From: Schmidtea polychroa
Lineage: Eukaryota
DNA length: 64,000 nt
Reading direction: 5' to 3'
Assembly: GCA_044892525.1 (NCBI GenBank)
Contig: CM097885.1
Coordinates: 14,138,001-14,202,000 of the forward strand
Under the pieces are notes generated by a model that saw only the letters and a list, made by a program, of their open reading frames with translations, was not told the origin of the DNA and made no database searches. Below, in pieces: positions 1-12,897 of this stretch. The translations under genes and the position numbers were made by a program. The first letter of the stretch is position 1. Each line of letters opens with the position of its first letter.

Positions 1-1216
1 AGTTTTGCAACACACCCAACTGAAAATTTCTGCATAAAAGCCTGGAATCCCGGGTGCCACAGCATGCCTATCCCGGCACATATTTTGTTCCACTTCGAGC
101 ACTGGATATTCTTACAAATCTAAAACGCGACGGACTTGACATAATGATGTGCAGAGCTCAAGGCTACGAAATGCTGCAACAATGTGCGGAATCCATGGAG
201 GTGTTAAAGCCATTCTGAAAAGAAATAATAAGTAAGCGATTTTTATTGGGTGCGTGGACCATTAAGTAAACTTGTGTGGCCTACACTCTTTTGCCAACAA
301 TGCTTCTAGCGTTACATTTTTTGGTACTCTTGAGAGAATATTTTCATTCTTTGCTGCTTACACTCATCGATGGGATGTTTTGATTGAACACACTGGGATG
401 TTGGTGAAAATGTTGTCAACAACACGTCGGAGTGCTCATTATGCTGCTGTTAAGTCAGTGAAAAATAAATTTGATGAATGTATAGCGGCGACTGAAGCTC
501 TATGTGATATTATTGAAAATCTGGACACAAGGGGTACAGTACAACGTCTTTTACATGCGGTCGGTGATTTCACGTTTATCTGCTACCTTTACCTCTCAGC
601 TGATCTACTTGAGCAAGTCCATCTTACTCAGCAGAACCCTCAGACTAAAGGCTTAACTCTTGACAAATTTGTGATTAGGTTTCTGTACGAGAAACGCAGT
701 CTCTTAGTTGAGCATGCAATTGATTAGGCACTTTTAAAATCAGACCAATATGAAATTTGGGTAGAAAGAAGATTAAGGTTCAAGAAGAGAATGGTGGGGG
801 AACAACTGAGAGACGTTGGACTTTCTGCGAGAAGAAAACAGTAGGGAGATGCTGAAATGTATTGATCCTTTTCATTAGGAACTCCTGATGAGATCAAGAA
901 AATCCATCTAATAGACAAAGGAAATGGATCCAGTCTATAAACGAATTTGATGCAAAGATAATGCAAAGATAAAAAATGTTTTAACTGTAATTATTCTAAA
1001 TTACAGTGGATCCTTCAATGGAGAAGTTTCGCCAAGATCTGATTCAATACACGGCTGAGGCAACAAAGCAGGTTAACAGGGCTCAAGCGTTGGTGCGATG
1101 ACGAAGACGAATGGAATTTTTATTGTTTCTTCCAAATTAGGCCAAAAGGTTACATTGGAAGATCGAATCAATACAGAACTGTGAGAGGAGAACCAATGAG
1201 TGATGCAAGATCTAAA
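1..1216 (+). repeat. Arm A of a long inverted duplication (probably extends left of the window); partner is 5674-8690
   Basis: 1-1216 is the near-identical reverse complement of 5674-6536 plus 8334-8690; ORF pairs 272..727/6163..6510 and 724..966/5924..6166 are nearly identical. Confidence 0.95.
105..960 (+). pseudogene. Degenerate hAT (ZMYM1-like) transposase fragment
   Basis: Broken frames read CRAQGY..AATMCGIHGGVKAIL, C.DH..NLCG, FFGTLERIFSFF, LSTTR(W/R)SAHYAAVK, typical of ZMYM1-like hAT transposases; stops and frameshifts. Confidence 0.75.
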
Positions 1217-4200
1217 GATTACCGTCCAAGAGCCTTACCAAGGAGCAATGGATATTCGACATGAGAGCAGGCATTCAAATGAATATAAACGTTCCGCCTA
1301 TTCGGAGATCGAACTGTTTCTCGTTATTGTCTTTGACATCACGAGGCTACCCAATCAATAACATTGACTTCCTCAACTGTAAACAAGAAGATAGCAAAGT
1401 TTCGTCCCAAAAAATACAAGTGAAAAGGACCCAGAAGCTGTACTCTTCGCGAACAAACCTATCCGATTGAAAATATTGATAATTTGATACTTAATGTAAA
1501 TTTCCTTTTACTTATTTATTCATTTGATTCTGTCGCTTGCCTAATTTGAAATATAGTTTTTAATCCAAATAAAATTTAAAGCATATCTGTTTGAATCAAA
1601 ATAAAGCTAAATTCGCCATAAATGGAAATTAGCCACTAATATGAAACCACTGATAGCTTAATATTGCGTTTTCAACTTCAAATCTTCATTTATTTAAGTA
1701 AAAGTACAAATTCAAAGATTTGAGGTATCAAGTAACGACAAATAGATAGGTCAAGTGAACATAATGATGATAGGGACATATGAAATAGGGCCATACACCT
1801 TCTATGATATTTCTGTGAATCCAGAGACGCGTCAGGAAATTTGCACTCCATCTGAGAAGCTCACCTTTAGCTGATGGCCACTAACTTAAATGTAGCACCA
1901 GAGGTGTTTGCGATGGGCATTTAGCGCTAAAGTCAATGGTATTTCGGAGTTACCAGGGGAATATGGTAAAGTGTGAGCAACGGCAAGAAAAGGTTAAACC
2001 TAGATTGTTCTCCCAACATGTAACCCGTTTTATAAATAGAGCCCACTGGCTTATTGATTTTCAACGACTGTACATAACCTACATGGTGGTTTGGATGTGT
2101 ATATTGATGGTAAAAAGTAAAATAGTCATGAAGACACTAAAATAAGAGTTGATGATAACTTTATATCAGCGACTATATATCAGTTATATCAGCGTCTCCA
2201 GGACATCTAAAAAACACTCGCCAGATTCTGAGTTATTTCCCAACCAAACTCTATTAATATCCCAACACCTGCAAGTTTGACTTTAACAACCTTTTACTTC
2301 TGATGTACTTAAAGAATTTCCGGTTCCAAAATATTTTTTTGTTAAGATCCACCTGGTTGTCTTATTATCTCATATTTTTTGTATCTTCAGAACTACAAGA
2401 TAAATTTCGTTGTTAATAAGTAAAATTTATCAAATTTGTGAATTTAAATATATATGGAATAATTTTTGTTTTAATAATATTGCATTTTCACAATTTAGCG
2501 AATGAAAAAGTGAATAAATTAATGAAATGTTACATTATTTAATATTAAATCAGGTCACTCTTTAAAAGAATCTCATTACAAATCCAAATGGTTCGTGAAC
2601 ATTGCACGACAACAAGATTATACCAGCTTAAGAAATGAGTCGATCCACTACGGATCTGTTTCACCTACAAATGCCGATTAAAAGGCAAATTCAGTCGATT
2701 TTAGTAATAAGATTGTTGAAAAGTTCTATGGTATATATTTAAATATTTATATTTGAGTATTTGTGTAATGTACGATTGTATGTGAGAGGAGATTTGAAGA
2801 GCCTGATAGAGTCACCGATAAAAAGAGTGTGGCGGGACAATCGAAGTTCTTGTATGTAACTAAGGAATGTTTCTAAATGAGTATTTATAATTTCTAATAA
2901 TTAAGAAAATTAATAATAAACAACGTAATTAAATACAACTTTTAACTAATAAATATTATAAGACCTGTTTTAATCAGAATATTGTGAGTTCAGGCCAAAC
3001 CTACAATAACTATGTAGGTAGTAACTTGATCGAAGGAATTTGTTGTATTTGGATAGATATTGAAGGGTTGAGAACAAACGCGTAGGAGATTGCCTTTTTT
3101 CTCTTATATTATAATTGAATTAATTATGTTTGGTTGATTGTGATTTGGCCAGTGATTGATCAGAATTATTTGATTAAGACGGTTGATATACAGATTCTTT
3201 TGATAGCTCGAGCTTGTAAAATTTCTCTGATTGTTTCCTTAGTTTAATTTTTTATTGATTTCTTTTAATTTTTAATTAGTTTTCGATTTGTGATTTTTAA
3301 AACTTTTTATTTCACGACGTTAAGGACACAGAAACGAGAGTAAAAACAAAACCTAATTGAGGTTCGGTTTTGAGTAATAATAATGATAAAAATGTAACAT
3401 TCTACTACATATATGAAGCAATTAAAGCAAATGATTCTACATGATTGCATTAACAAATAAATGATTTTAAATATTTTTCATCCACACCATATTTTATTGA
3501 ACCGCTAGAATTTGTGGGGAATTAACTTAATTAATCGATTTTCATGGGATTTTTTTTCATTTTTTCTATTCAATTCTTTTTGTAACGTTTTATCATACTT
3601 CCTTCGTATATAAATAAAAGCTATAACTTTCCTAATTAATTTAATTATTGTCCTTTTGCAAAGACGACCAATAATTATTATCAATTTTCGATCTTACTAA
3701 TTCCTTCTTTTATGTATTATTCTTTCCATTTTGGAGTGGCAGATTTTTCAAATACGTAACTTCTTGCGTTTATCATTTTAATTATATCTATTTATTTATC
3801 ATCCATATGTTGTGTACTTTACTTTATATTATTGATATATGATCACATATTTTGATTCAATTTATTGCAGGTTTTATGATATTTTTTTAGATAAATTCTA
3901 ACAACCTCTTAATTTCTTATTCTATCCCAAAAACAGTTGACGGCTACCAGATTAAGAATGTAATGTTGATCTGAGTCAAAATCAATCACCAACAATAATT
4001 CAAGGGTTTTAGGAGACAAAATTATTGCAAATTTACGGATGCTTTTATAATGTACTCAATGTTCAAAAATTCTTTTGAGTACAATCATTTGAAATTGCGT
4101 AAGACATGGTCCTATTTAACAATATATATTTTCCTGATAATTTTGTTTTATCCATAACTTCCTTGTTGATCGAATTGTTGGACTGAATAGTGTGAGTAAT

Positions 4201-4587
4201 GAATAAGATCTTGTAAGTGGGGGACCTGAGTAAAAATTAATTTAAATTATTAAAAATAAATTTGGATTAATTATAATTAATAAGCCGAGACAAACTCACA
4301 CAACATAGAGATCGCACAAAATTATTTAAATTTAATAAAACACCAAGTAATAAAATTAACATGAAAAAAAATAAATAAAAAAACATAAAAAAGTAGACGC
4401 GTAACGAGTTCCACAAGAAACATATTTTAATACAGAAAAACACAAAAAGTATCGCTGAAAAACAGATAGCAAAAATATATCGATATGAATGATGATGTCC
4501 TCTTCAACTTCGACGACCTCCTTGTGGATGCCCAAGAGAATTCACATTGATGAGAAATAATAACTTTAATAATATAGTAATAATAAT

Positions 4588-4917
4588 GGCACCCCGACAA
4601 AATAGCCCAGGACAAAATAGCCCCGTCATAATAGCCCCGTCAAAATAGCCTGCCCACAAAACAGCCCGAGTTAAAATAGCCCTGTCAAAATAGCCAACAA
4701 AGAATTAGTTACCTAATACTATATATTATTTCTTTAAAGGTACCTACGTGACCTGATTGTGGCTTCACAATCGTCATCAGCCCAGCCACTTTTTTGGATT
4801 TTTACTTTGAGCCATTTTGATGGGGCTATTTTGACGGGGCTATTTTAACTCGGGCTGTTTTGTGGGCAGGCTATTTTGACGGGGCTATTTTGTCTTGGAC
4901 TATTTTGACGGGTGCCC
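4588..4917. mobile_element. Foldback MITE (possibly Mutator-like)
   Basis: Termini GGCACCC(C)GACAAAATAGCCC / CTATTTTGACGGGTGCC; internal arrays of AAAATAGCCC and their inverse; AATAATAAT on both sides (candidate 9-bp TSD, but low complexity). Confidence 0.8.
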
Positions 4918-5673
4918 AATAATAATATTATATTAATTTTTGTTGTAATTTTTGTTGTCTTCTTTCATTATTATTAGAACTATAAGTTTTCTATTTGTTG
5001 AGGATACCTAAATGATACCTAAATGTTAATTAAGAAGTACAAATGAAGGTGGAATTCCAAATTCCAGAAAAACAAAATAAGGGAAAAAGCCGTATCTTGA
5101 CAGATTGTCGGGAGAAGGCGGCATAACAAAAAAGGAGAATGGGAAAATATCTTGATATCTGTCAGAGATAAGGCTGACGTAGAGGAAAAGGAAAATGGAA
5201 AGCAGAGTGCAAATAAAATAACTATACAAAAGGAAACTGGGGGACACAAATTCAGATAATTTGAGAGACAATAAGTGAGACAATTTGAGAGGCAAGTATA
5301 GAAATAAATTTGAAAGAAATTTTGGGAGATAAAATTATTTGAGAAAAATTAGACAACGTCGGACGAAACGTTGTTGGAGAAACGATTGTGAAAACGAATT
5401 GTAAAGAAAATAATTGTGAAAAATAATTGTTGGAGAAGATTTAAATAAAATAATTAGTTGAAAAATTAAACGAAAAGAAGTTACTTGAGTATTTGAATAA
5501 ATTTGTGAAGAAGGTCAAAGAAAACAACCAGCTCAAAGTCCCAGTTGATAAACCAATCAGTAATTTGTGATCTTTTATTCCGGTGTTTTGTTACTAATAG
5601 AATTTGGAATAAATTTCCTTCATGAACTTTCGTTTCTTTCTTGAATGAGAGAATAATTTTGATTAAAAGCTTG

Positions 5674-8600
5674 TTTAGATCTTGCATCACTCATTGGTTC
5701 TCCTCTCACAGTTCTGTATTGATTCGATCTTCCAATGTAACCTTTTGGCCTAATTTGGAAGAAACAATAAAAATTCCATTCGTCTTCGTCATCGCACCAA
5801 CGCTTGAGCTCTGTTAACCTGCTTTGTTGCCTCAGCCGTGTATTGAATCAGATCTTGGCGAAACTTCTCCATTGAAGGATCCACTGTAATTTAGAATAAT
5901 TACAGTTAAAACATTTTTTATCTTTGCATTATCTTTGCATCAAATTCGTTTATAGACTGGATCCATTTCCTTTGTCTATTAGATGGATTTTCTTGATCTC
6001 ATCAGGAGTTCCTAATGAAAACGATCAATACATTCCAGCATCTCCCTACTGTTTTCTTCTCGCAGAAAGTCCAACGTCTCTCAGTTGTTTCCCCACCATT
6101 CTCTTCTTGAACCTTAATCTTCTTTCTACCCAAATTTCATATTGGTCTGATTTTAAAAGTGCCTAATCAATTGCATGCTCAACTAAGAGACTGCGTTTCT
6201 CGTACAGAAACCTAATCACAAATTTGTCAAGAGTTAAGCCTTTAGTCTGCAGGTTCTGCTGAGTAAGATGGACTTCCTCAAGTAGATCAGCCGAGAGGTA
6301 AAGGTAGCAGATAAACGTGAAATCACCGACCGCATGTAAAAGACATTGTACTGTACCCCTTGTGTCCAGATTTTCAATAATATCACATAGAGCTTCAGTC
6401 GCCGCTATACATTCATCAAATTTATTTTTCACTGACTTAACAGCAGCATAATGAGCACTCCGACGTGCTGTTGACAACATTTTCACCAACATCCCAGCGT
6501 GTTCAATCAAAACATCCCATCGATGAGTGTAAGCAGTGTTGGGCTAGAACCGAGAATCGAGAGCTTGTTTTAATGAATCAAAAATACATAACATAAAAAT
6601 CGCACCAAGTTAAATCAAAACACCAATCAATACAAATTAAAGTACATAACACATTGATGATAAATAAGACCCGGGTGATAAAATAAAGGAACGAAAATAA
6701 AGGTCGCAATCACTAACACAATTAGGAGAAACATCGCAATCGGAATATCTAACAACTAAAAATTAAAATAATAATAAATAAAATAATTGGTAATGAATTA
6801 ATTAATAATATGGGAAATTTCTAAATAAATAAATTTAAAATTTAAAATAAATTATCTAGTAAACTGGAGAAATAATAAAAAATGTAGAATGAAAGTAGTA
6901 AAATTAGATAAACCATAAAATTTATAAAATTAAAACTAAAAATAAAACCAACAAAATTATTTAAATTATACAACTTATAAAACCAAATTGTTTAAATTAA
7001 TGAAACTAAAGTAAAATTAACTGAACTTATTTAAATTACAAAACTTGTAAAATTAAATTAAAATTAGCAAAAAACTATTTTGATTATAGAATTTATAAAA
7101 ATAAATCTTAAAAGTTAATAAAAATTAGAATTTTGATTAACTAAATTAATTAAATTAAAAAAAAAACAATAATTGCACACATGCATGCATGCATGCAAAA
7201 ATTAACCAGAATTGCCTCGCATTCTAATTGGATATAGTAGCAGAGAATGCGTAGGCGTACAATTCAATCAGTATAAATACGGATTGAAATTTCAGTTGTT
7301 CAACTTGTTAAATTAGTTTTCAGTTTTACACAACAAATCGTTTGTCAGGTAACGAACATATGCTCTCAATTTTCGATTTTATGCCCTTGTGGATTGGACT
7401 GGTAGTTTTATTTTAATATGAAATTTTAGGTAATGTTTTAAGTTAAATAAATTTTATATTCAATTTAGTTTAGTTTTTTTTTCATTATTGTTTAATTTCA
7501 TTTAGTTTCAAGTTTGAAATAATAGTTTTTATTGAGTTCAATTATATTATTTGTTGATTGTGAACGATAGTAACGTGGAGTTGAGGAACTTCATGTCATG
7601 GCATGAGGTGCCTTCGGGAGCTCAGCCGGTGGACATGAGGTTCTTCAATCACGCAGCTGGATTGGGCCGAAATGTGGGGGCTTCCTCACGGGTCCTATCG
7701 CTGGAAGTACTTTGGCCAAACATAGGTTAGGACTGAGAATACAGGCAGATCCCTGCTCAAATTTTTTTGAAGTACAATTTAAATATTATGGGAAGCGCGG
7801 ATTAACTTGGAAATAAGGGCCAATCCCTGCTCAAATTTTTCAAAGGATAATTTAGATATTGTAGGAAGTGTAGAACAATAATTATTAGCTGGAAAATAAG
7901 GGCCGATCCCTGCTCAAATCTTTTTGCGAGATAGTTTAAATATTCATAAATATCAAAAGAAATACCTAGCAACCTTTATTAATAGAAAAATAAGGGCGCA
8001 TCCCTGCACAAAATTTTGAAAGGAAACAATAGAAAACAACTAGAAATGAAGACCATAACCGAATGAGATAGAAAAGTAAAAATAGAAAATGATCAATGAC
8101 GTAAGACCTTCTATCGGCCGCCTAGAACCCGAAGAGAAAATACAATGGGGAGTAGTTTTAGCAATAGAGCTCACCTGCTCATTGTTTTTTCGCCTTTGTG
8201 TACAGTTCAACATGGTCGTCGCCATGGGTACACAAATGGTTAAATTGCAATAGTCATGGAGGTGCTGTGAATATATATGATTACCCTTAATGCATTTAAA
8301 AATTTAAAATGACACACCCCTAAGTAACCAACAGCAGCAAAGAATGAAAATATTCTCTCAAGAGTACCAAAAAATGTAACGCTAGAAGCATTGTTGGCAA
8401 AAGAGTGTAGGCCACACAAGTTTACTTAATGGTCCACGCACCCAATAAAAATCGCTTACTTATTATTTCTTTTCAGAATGGCTTTAACACCTCCATGGAT
8501 TCCGCACATTGTTGCAGCATTTCGTAGCCTTGAGCTCTGCACATCATTATGTCAAGTCCGTCGCGTTTTAGATTTGTAAGAATATCCAGTGCTCGAAGTG

Positions 8601-8690
8601 GAACAAAATATGTGCCGGGATAGGCATGCTGTGGCACCCGGGATTCCAGGCTTTTATGCAGAAATTTTCAGTTGGGTGTGTTGCAAAACT
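5674..8690 (-). repeat. Arm B of the inverted duplication, interrupted by a solo LTR
   Basis: Reverse complement of 1-1216 apart from the 1797-bp insert at 6537-8333. Confidence 0.95.
6537..8333. mobile_element. Solo LTR (1797 bp) of a different LTR retrotransposon
   Basis: TGTTGG...CCAACA termini; 4-bp TSD GCAG (6533-6536, 8334-8337); empty site TAAGCAGCAAAG seen in arm A; four internal copies of an ATCCCTGC(T/A)CAAA motif at ~7748-8012. Confidence 0.88.
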
Positions 8691-9055
8691 TTGGGGGGTG
8701 TCCAACAAATTTTATATATAGACACATTATATATAGAGGGGGTCGCAGTATAAATAACTCAACAAACAACTTGCTGGTTTAACTAAAATAAATAAGAGAA
8801 TATACCTACCTATCCATTACTGCTGCTTGGGAAATTCTTAATTGAATAGAGAATAGAGAATAAAAAATATATATATACATACATATATGGATGTACTATG
8901 TGTGACCTTAATTGCAGTATTTGTGTGCCTATAAAATGAAATAAGTACCGGGATAAACCTATAGATTATATGAAATGTAGTGCCGGGATGCAATTCCGCC
9001 TACATAATCAATGCCGGGATAATATCCCGGCTAGCCCGCCTCACTTCGAGCACTG
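8587..9055. mobile_element. hAT-type MITE (469 bp)
   Basis: 14-bp TIR CAGTGCTCGAAGTG/CACTTCGAGCACTG; perfect 8-bp TSD AGAATATC (8579-8586, 9056-9063); internal CCGGGAT motifs; partial copy at 1-104. Confidence 0.93.
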
Positions 9056-9857
9056 AGAATATCAGAAATGAGGCCATCAGCTTTATCCCGCTTAAAGGGA
9101 AAAATCCGTGGAACACTTCTTTTACTTCAACTTTCCCATTGTGGATTTTCACATACCTGATAACCTTAAACATCTGGTCAGGGTGTTATATGTCATGTGT
9201 GCTCTCGAACATAATTCCAAAATACCTTGCAGTTTTTTTATCTTTGACAAGAATCTCATTTACTTGATTTGCCAAGACATTTATAAATTGATTTTACGTT
9301 TCTGGTGAAAAGTAAATAACGAATGGTTTTACTGTATATGCACTACAAGTCATCATCCTGTAGAACCATTGTTTGGTTTACTTGCGCATGTCTTTTTAAG
9401 CCTTTTCATCTTGCTTTGTCACAACACAAGCACTCGGCCTATGGAAAATCCTTCAAGTCTATTGATCTATTCTACCTGGTTAATTATCGCGTTCGTAAAT
9501 AACTTCAAACTTTGATCATACCAGCCCTGAATCTCATTAAAATGAGCCAACGTTGTTCTGCAAACTCCAAGGTGACATTCAGGCCCAGTTATGCCTTTTA
9601 GTCATATATTTATTTAACTATAATCGGTCATCCACTTATGAAATACGACTGAACCGAGCAACGTCTGCTCTGTAAAATTTGCAATTTTTTTCATTTGGTG
9701 TCAGCCGGTTCGGTTCTCACCCGCTTAGCGACGCCACTAGCCTTATTATTTTATTACATTAGATTAATAGTAATAATTATTGTCATTCTCCTCTTTCATC
9801 TGATGTAATTAATATTATTATTTTTATTATTACACGACACAACAAAAAATAGTTATA

Positions 9858-12366
9858 CACCTAATTCTGTTTTTACGCGAATTTGATTTAACGCGATTCA
9901 AAAAAATTATTTCGTTCTGTTTTTACGCGATTTGATTTGATTTAACGCGCTTAAAAAAAATTCATTTTTTACCAAGAAAAAACATGTATGTACATGTATG
10001 TACATAATTCTTTATAGTTTACTGCTAATTTGTAGTTTAGGTTTAAAACAATTTCTATTTTAATGTATGTACAATAATCAAAATTCTGAGGTGAGAAAAC
10101 TAAAATATTTACATTCACATTTTAAAGTTATTCGATAATAGGTGTTATAATAGGTGTTTTAGTATAAAATACCAATCCAAATTTGGTATCAATTGCGTTT
10201 GAAGATTTTACCAAGAGATTTATACAATTCCTGAATTCAATTAACGGTAATTTATAATTTGAAGTGCATTTATTTATTACCTGCAAATAAATTATTTTTA
10301 TAGGGACCTCATTACAATTAACAATGTCAGCTAAAAAACAAACGAATAGAAAAGCTATTTCTTTGGAAGTTAAAATCAAAATTTTGGATAGACTAGCCAC
10401 TGAAGGAGGTGCCATTTCTGTAGGAAAATATTTTAATTTAAAAGAATCTACCATAAGAACAATAAAAAAATGAAGAAGCTATCAGAAAATCTGTGATTGC
10501 TGGAACAAATATGAGTGCTCATACATCATCATACACAAGAGACATTGTAAAAGAGAAAATGGAGAAGGCTCTTGTAATATGGATGGAGGATTACTCACAA
10601 AAACGAATACCAGTTGACGGAAATGGCATAAAGCAGATGGCATTACGGATCTATAAGCAGATGAAAGAAATGGAACCACAAACATCAGGCCAGAGAGATA
10701 AAAAAATTGAATTTCCTGCAAGTACAGGTTGGGTGACAGGTTATCTGCTAAGGCAGCGCGCTGCATAATATAAAAATTAGGGGTGAATTAGCAGCCAAAG
10801 AATTTCCCCAAAAATTGGCTAAAATAATTGAAGAAGGTGGCTACACTGCTGATCAGGTATGGAATGCAGATGAAACCGGCCTTTTCTGGAAACGAATGCC
10901 GAGCAGAACATACGTAGCTAAATCCCAAAAAATTGCAAGTGGGTTTAAAGTAGTCAAGGATCGTGTGACCTTTTTATTTTGTTCTAACGTTTCAGGAGAT
11001 CGAATGCTAAAACCTTAACTTGTAAATCGAGCTCTAAAACCACGGTCAATGAAAGGTGTAAATTTCAGTACATTGCCAGTTCACTGGACAGCTAATAAAA
11101 AAGCTTGGGTGACAACTGAGACTTTTAAGGAGTGGTTCCTCAAAAATTTTGTCCCAGAAGTTCGCCGCTATATGAGCGATAAAGGTCTTGAATTCAAGGT
11201 TCTGTTGATTATAGACAACGCACCAGGTCATCCCCATATGGAGCATCCAAATGTCGAATTTTGTTTTTTGCCACCCAATACTACTTCGTTGATACAACTA
11301 CTGGATCAAGGAATTATAGCAACCTTTAAAACCTATTATGTTAAGCAAACATTCCGGTATATTTTAGATCAATTACTGAATGATGACAATTTAAAAGTTA
11401 TGGACGCGTGGAAGAAATTTTCTATTAATGACTGCATCAAACATGCTGGATTAGCGCTATCCGAACTAAAACCATCAACTTTAAACGCATGTTGGAACGG
11501 AATGCGTCAAAAATAAAGATCCGATACCTTCTAATGCAGTCGAGTTTAGCAATATCATAGCCTTAGCTCATGAAGTAGGCGGAGAAGGTTTTGATGATCT
11601 ATCGTCTGCAGATATAGAAGAACTATTAGTGGATACGGTACTTAGCAGTGATGAAATCATTGCTTTTGCGCTTGAGACACCTGATGTGCAAGAAATTAGC
11701 GAAGATGACGACGTAGAGGTTCCTACCCTCACCGCAGATCTAATTAAAGAAGGACTTTAACTAGCAGCTAAATTAAGCGATCATTTGGCAAGCATGATCC
11801 TATTGAGGAAAGAGCTCGGAAATTTCAACGTGAAATTATTAATGGGAAATTATCGCGAATTACATAACAGCATTATCAAACCCAGACCACAACAATTGAT
11901 TACTGAATTTTTGACTAGAACCGCTAAAACATCAACACCACTTCAACATGAAAATGAAGTGGAAAATATTTCTAGTGATGACAGTGATTGTGGCGTTCAA
12001 GTCTCACGTAAACGAATACGTATATCATCAGGAAGTGACAGCAATAGAAATATGTTTAATGATATATTTTGCCACTTTTTGTTTTACTAAAATGAATTTT
12101 TTGTTAAATAATGAATTTTTTTTGTTAAATTAGTATTTTTTTTCGTTTGTCGTTATTTTATTCATAACTATATATTTAAATAAATAAAGTGTATAAAACA
12201 CGTAAAAACAATGAATTTGTATACTTTAATCACATTATTTTAGTTGATTTTGGAAATGAAGAACCAATCCTCTACTTTTATATGGACACCATATCTTTTT
12301 TAACGCGAATTTTTTTTACGCGTATTTTGGGGGAACGTATCTATCGCGTAAAAACAGAATTAGGTG
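9858..12366 (+). mobile_element. Full-length Tigger/pogo DNA transposon
   Basis: 23-bp perfect TIR CACCTAATTCTGTTTTTACGCGA with TA on both sides; internal transposase remnants. Confidence 0.95.
10324..12090 (+). pseudogene. Tigger/pogo transposase pseudogene (CENP-B-type HTH plus DDE_1)
   Basis: MSAKKQTNRKAISLEVKIKILDRL, ASTGW, QVWNADETGLFWKRMPSRTY, KAWVT, VLLIIDNAPGHP, LPPNTTSLIQLLDQGII; several frameshifts and stops. Confidence 0.93.
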
Positions 12367-12897
12367 TATTACTCTTAGAGCGTTTCTATAGTAAATCTGA
12401 CCCTCTGAATTCAAATATCGACGAAGTGTGGTGTTAAATTATTACTTGTAACTTTTTATTTATAATTACGATATGCAATCGTTATCTTATTGTGGTTGTG
12501 TACATATCTAACTCTAAATGTTTATTTGCCACTATAAATTCTTATATAATAAAATCAATATATAATATTGACAATTTATCAGTAGTTTATTAATGATATA
12601 TTTAAAATGGAAAATTAAGAATTTTATGTAAAAAACTTTTATTATATTATTTTGTTTACCAGCTTTTCTTTTATACAAATTTTGACTGATAGCAGCACGT
12701 TTTTATTTCTAAAACATTTACATCATGATCTCATTAAATTGCTCACTATTAACCACCTAAATAAGCATTTTATATTTAATTTTTAATTAAAAAGATTGTA
12801 AATAAATCTGAGTGAATAAATTAAAAAAGGCTTCAGTAAATGATAAAATAACAAAAATAAAAACATGTATTATAACAAAGTAACATCAATAACAAGA

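Larger units (their letters stand above)
5930..9739 (-). mobile_element. Decayed hAT element (ZMYM1-like transposase pseudogene) with a nested solo LTR and MITE
   Basis: Minus strand 9060-9240 reads ARYFGIMFESTHDI..VIRYVKIHNGKVEVKEVFHGFFPL and continues across both insertions into ORF 6163..6510; hAT-like end TAGTGGCG near 9739; left boundary uncertain. Confidence 0.7.

Noticed and set aside
2762..3399. Possible solo LTR (TGT..ACA, LTR-like composition)
   Set aside because: No TSD or second copy; boundaries unsupported
5000..5480. Purine-rich LTR/leader-like fragment and ORFs 5019-5295
   Set aside because: No termini, PBS or coding motif; ORFs are compositional
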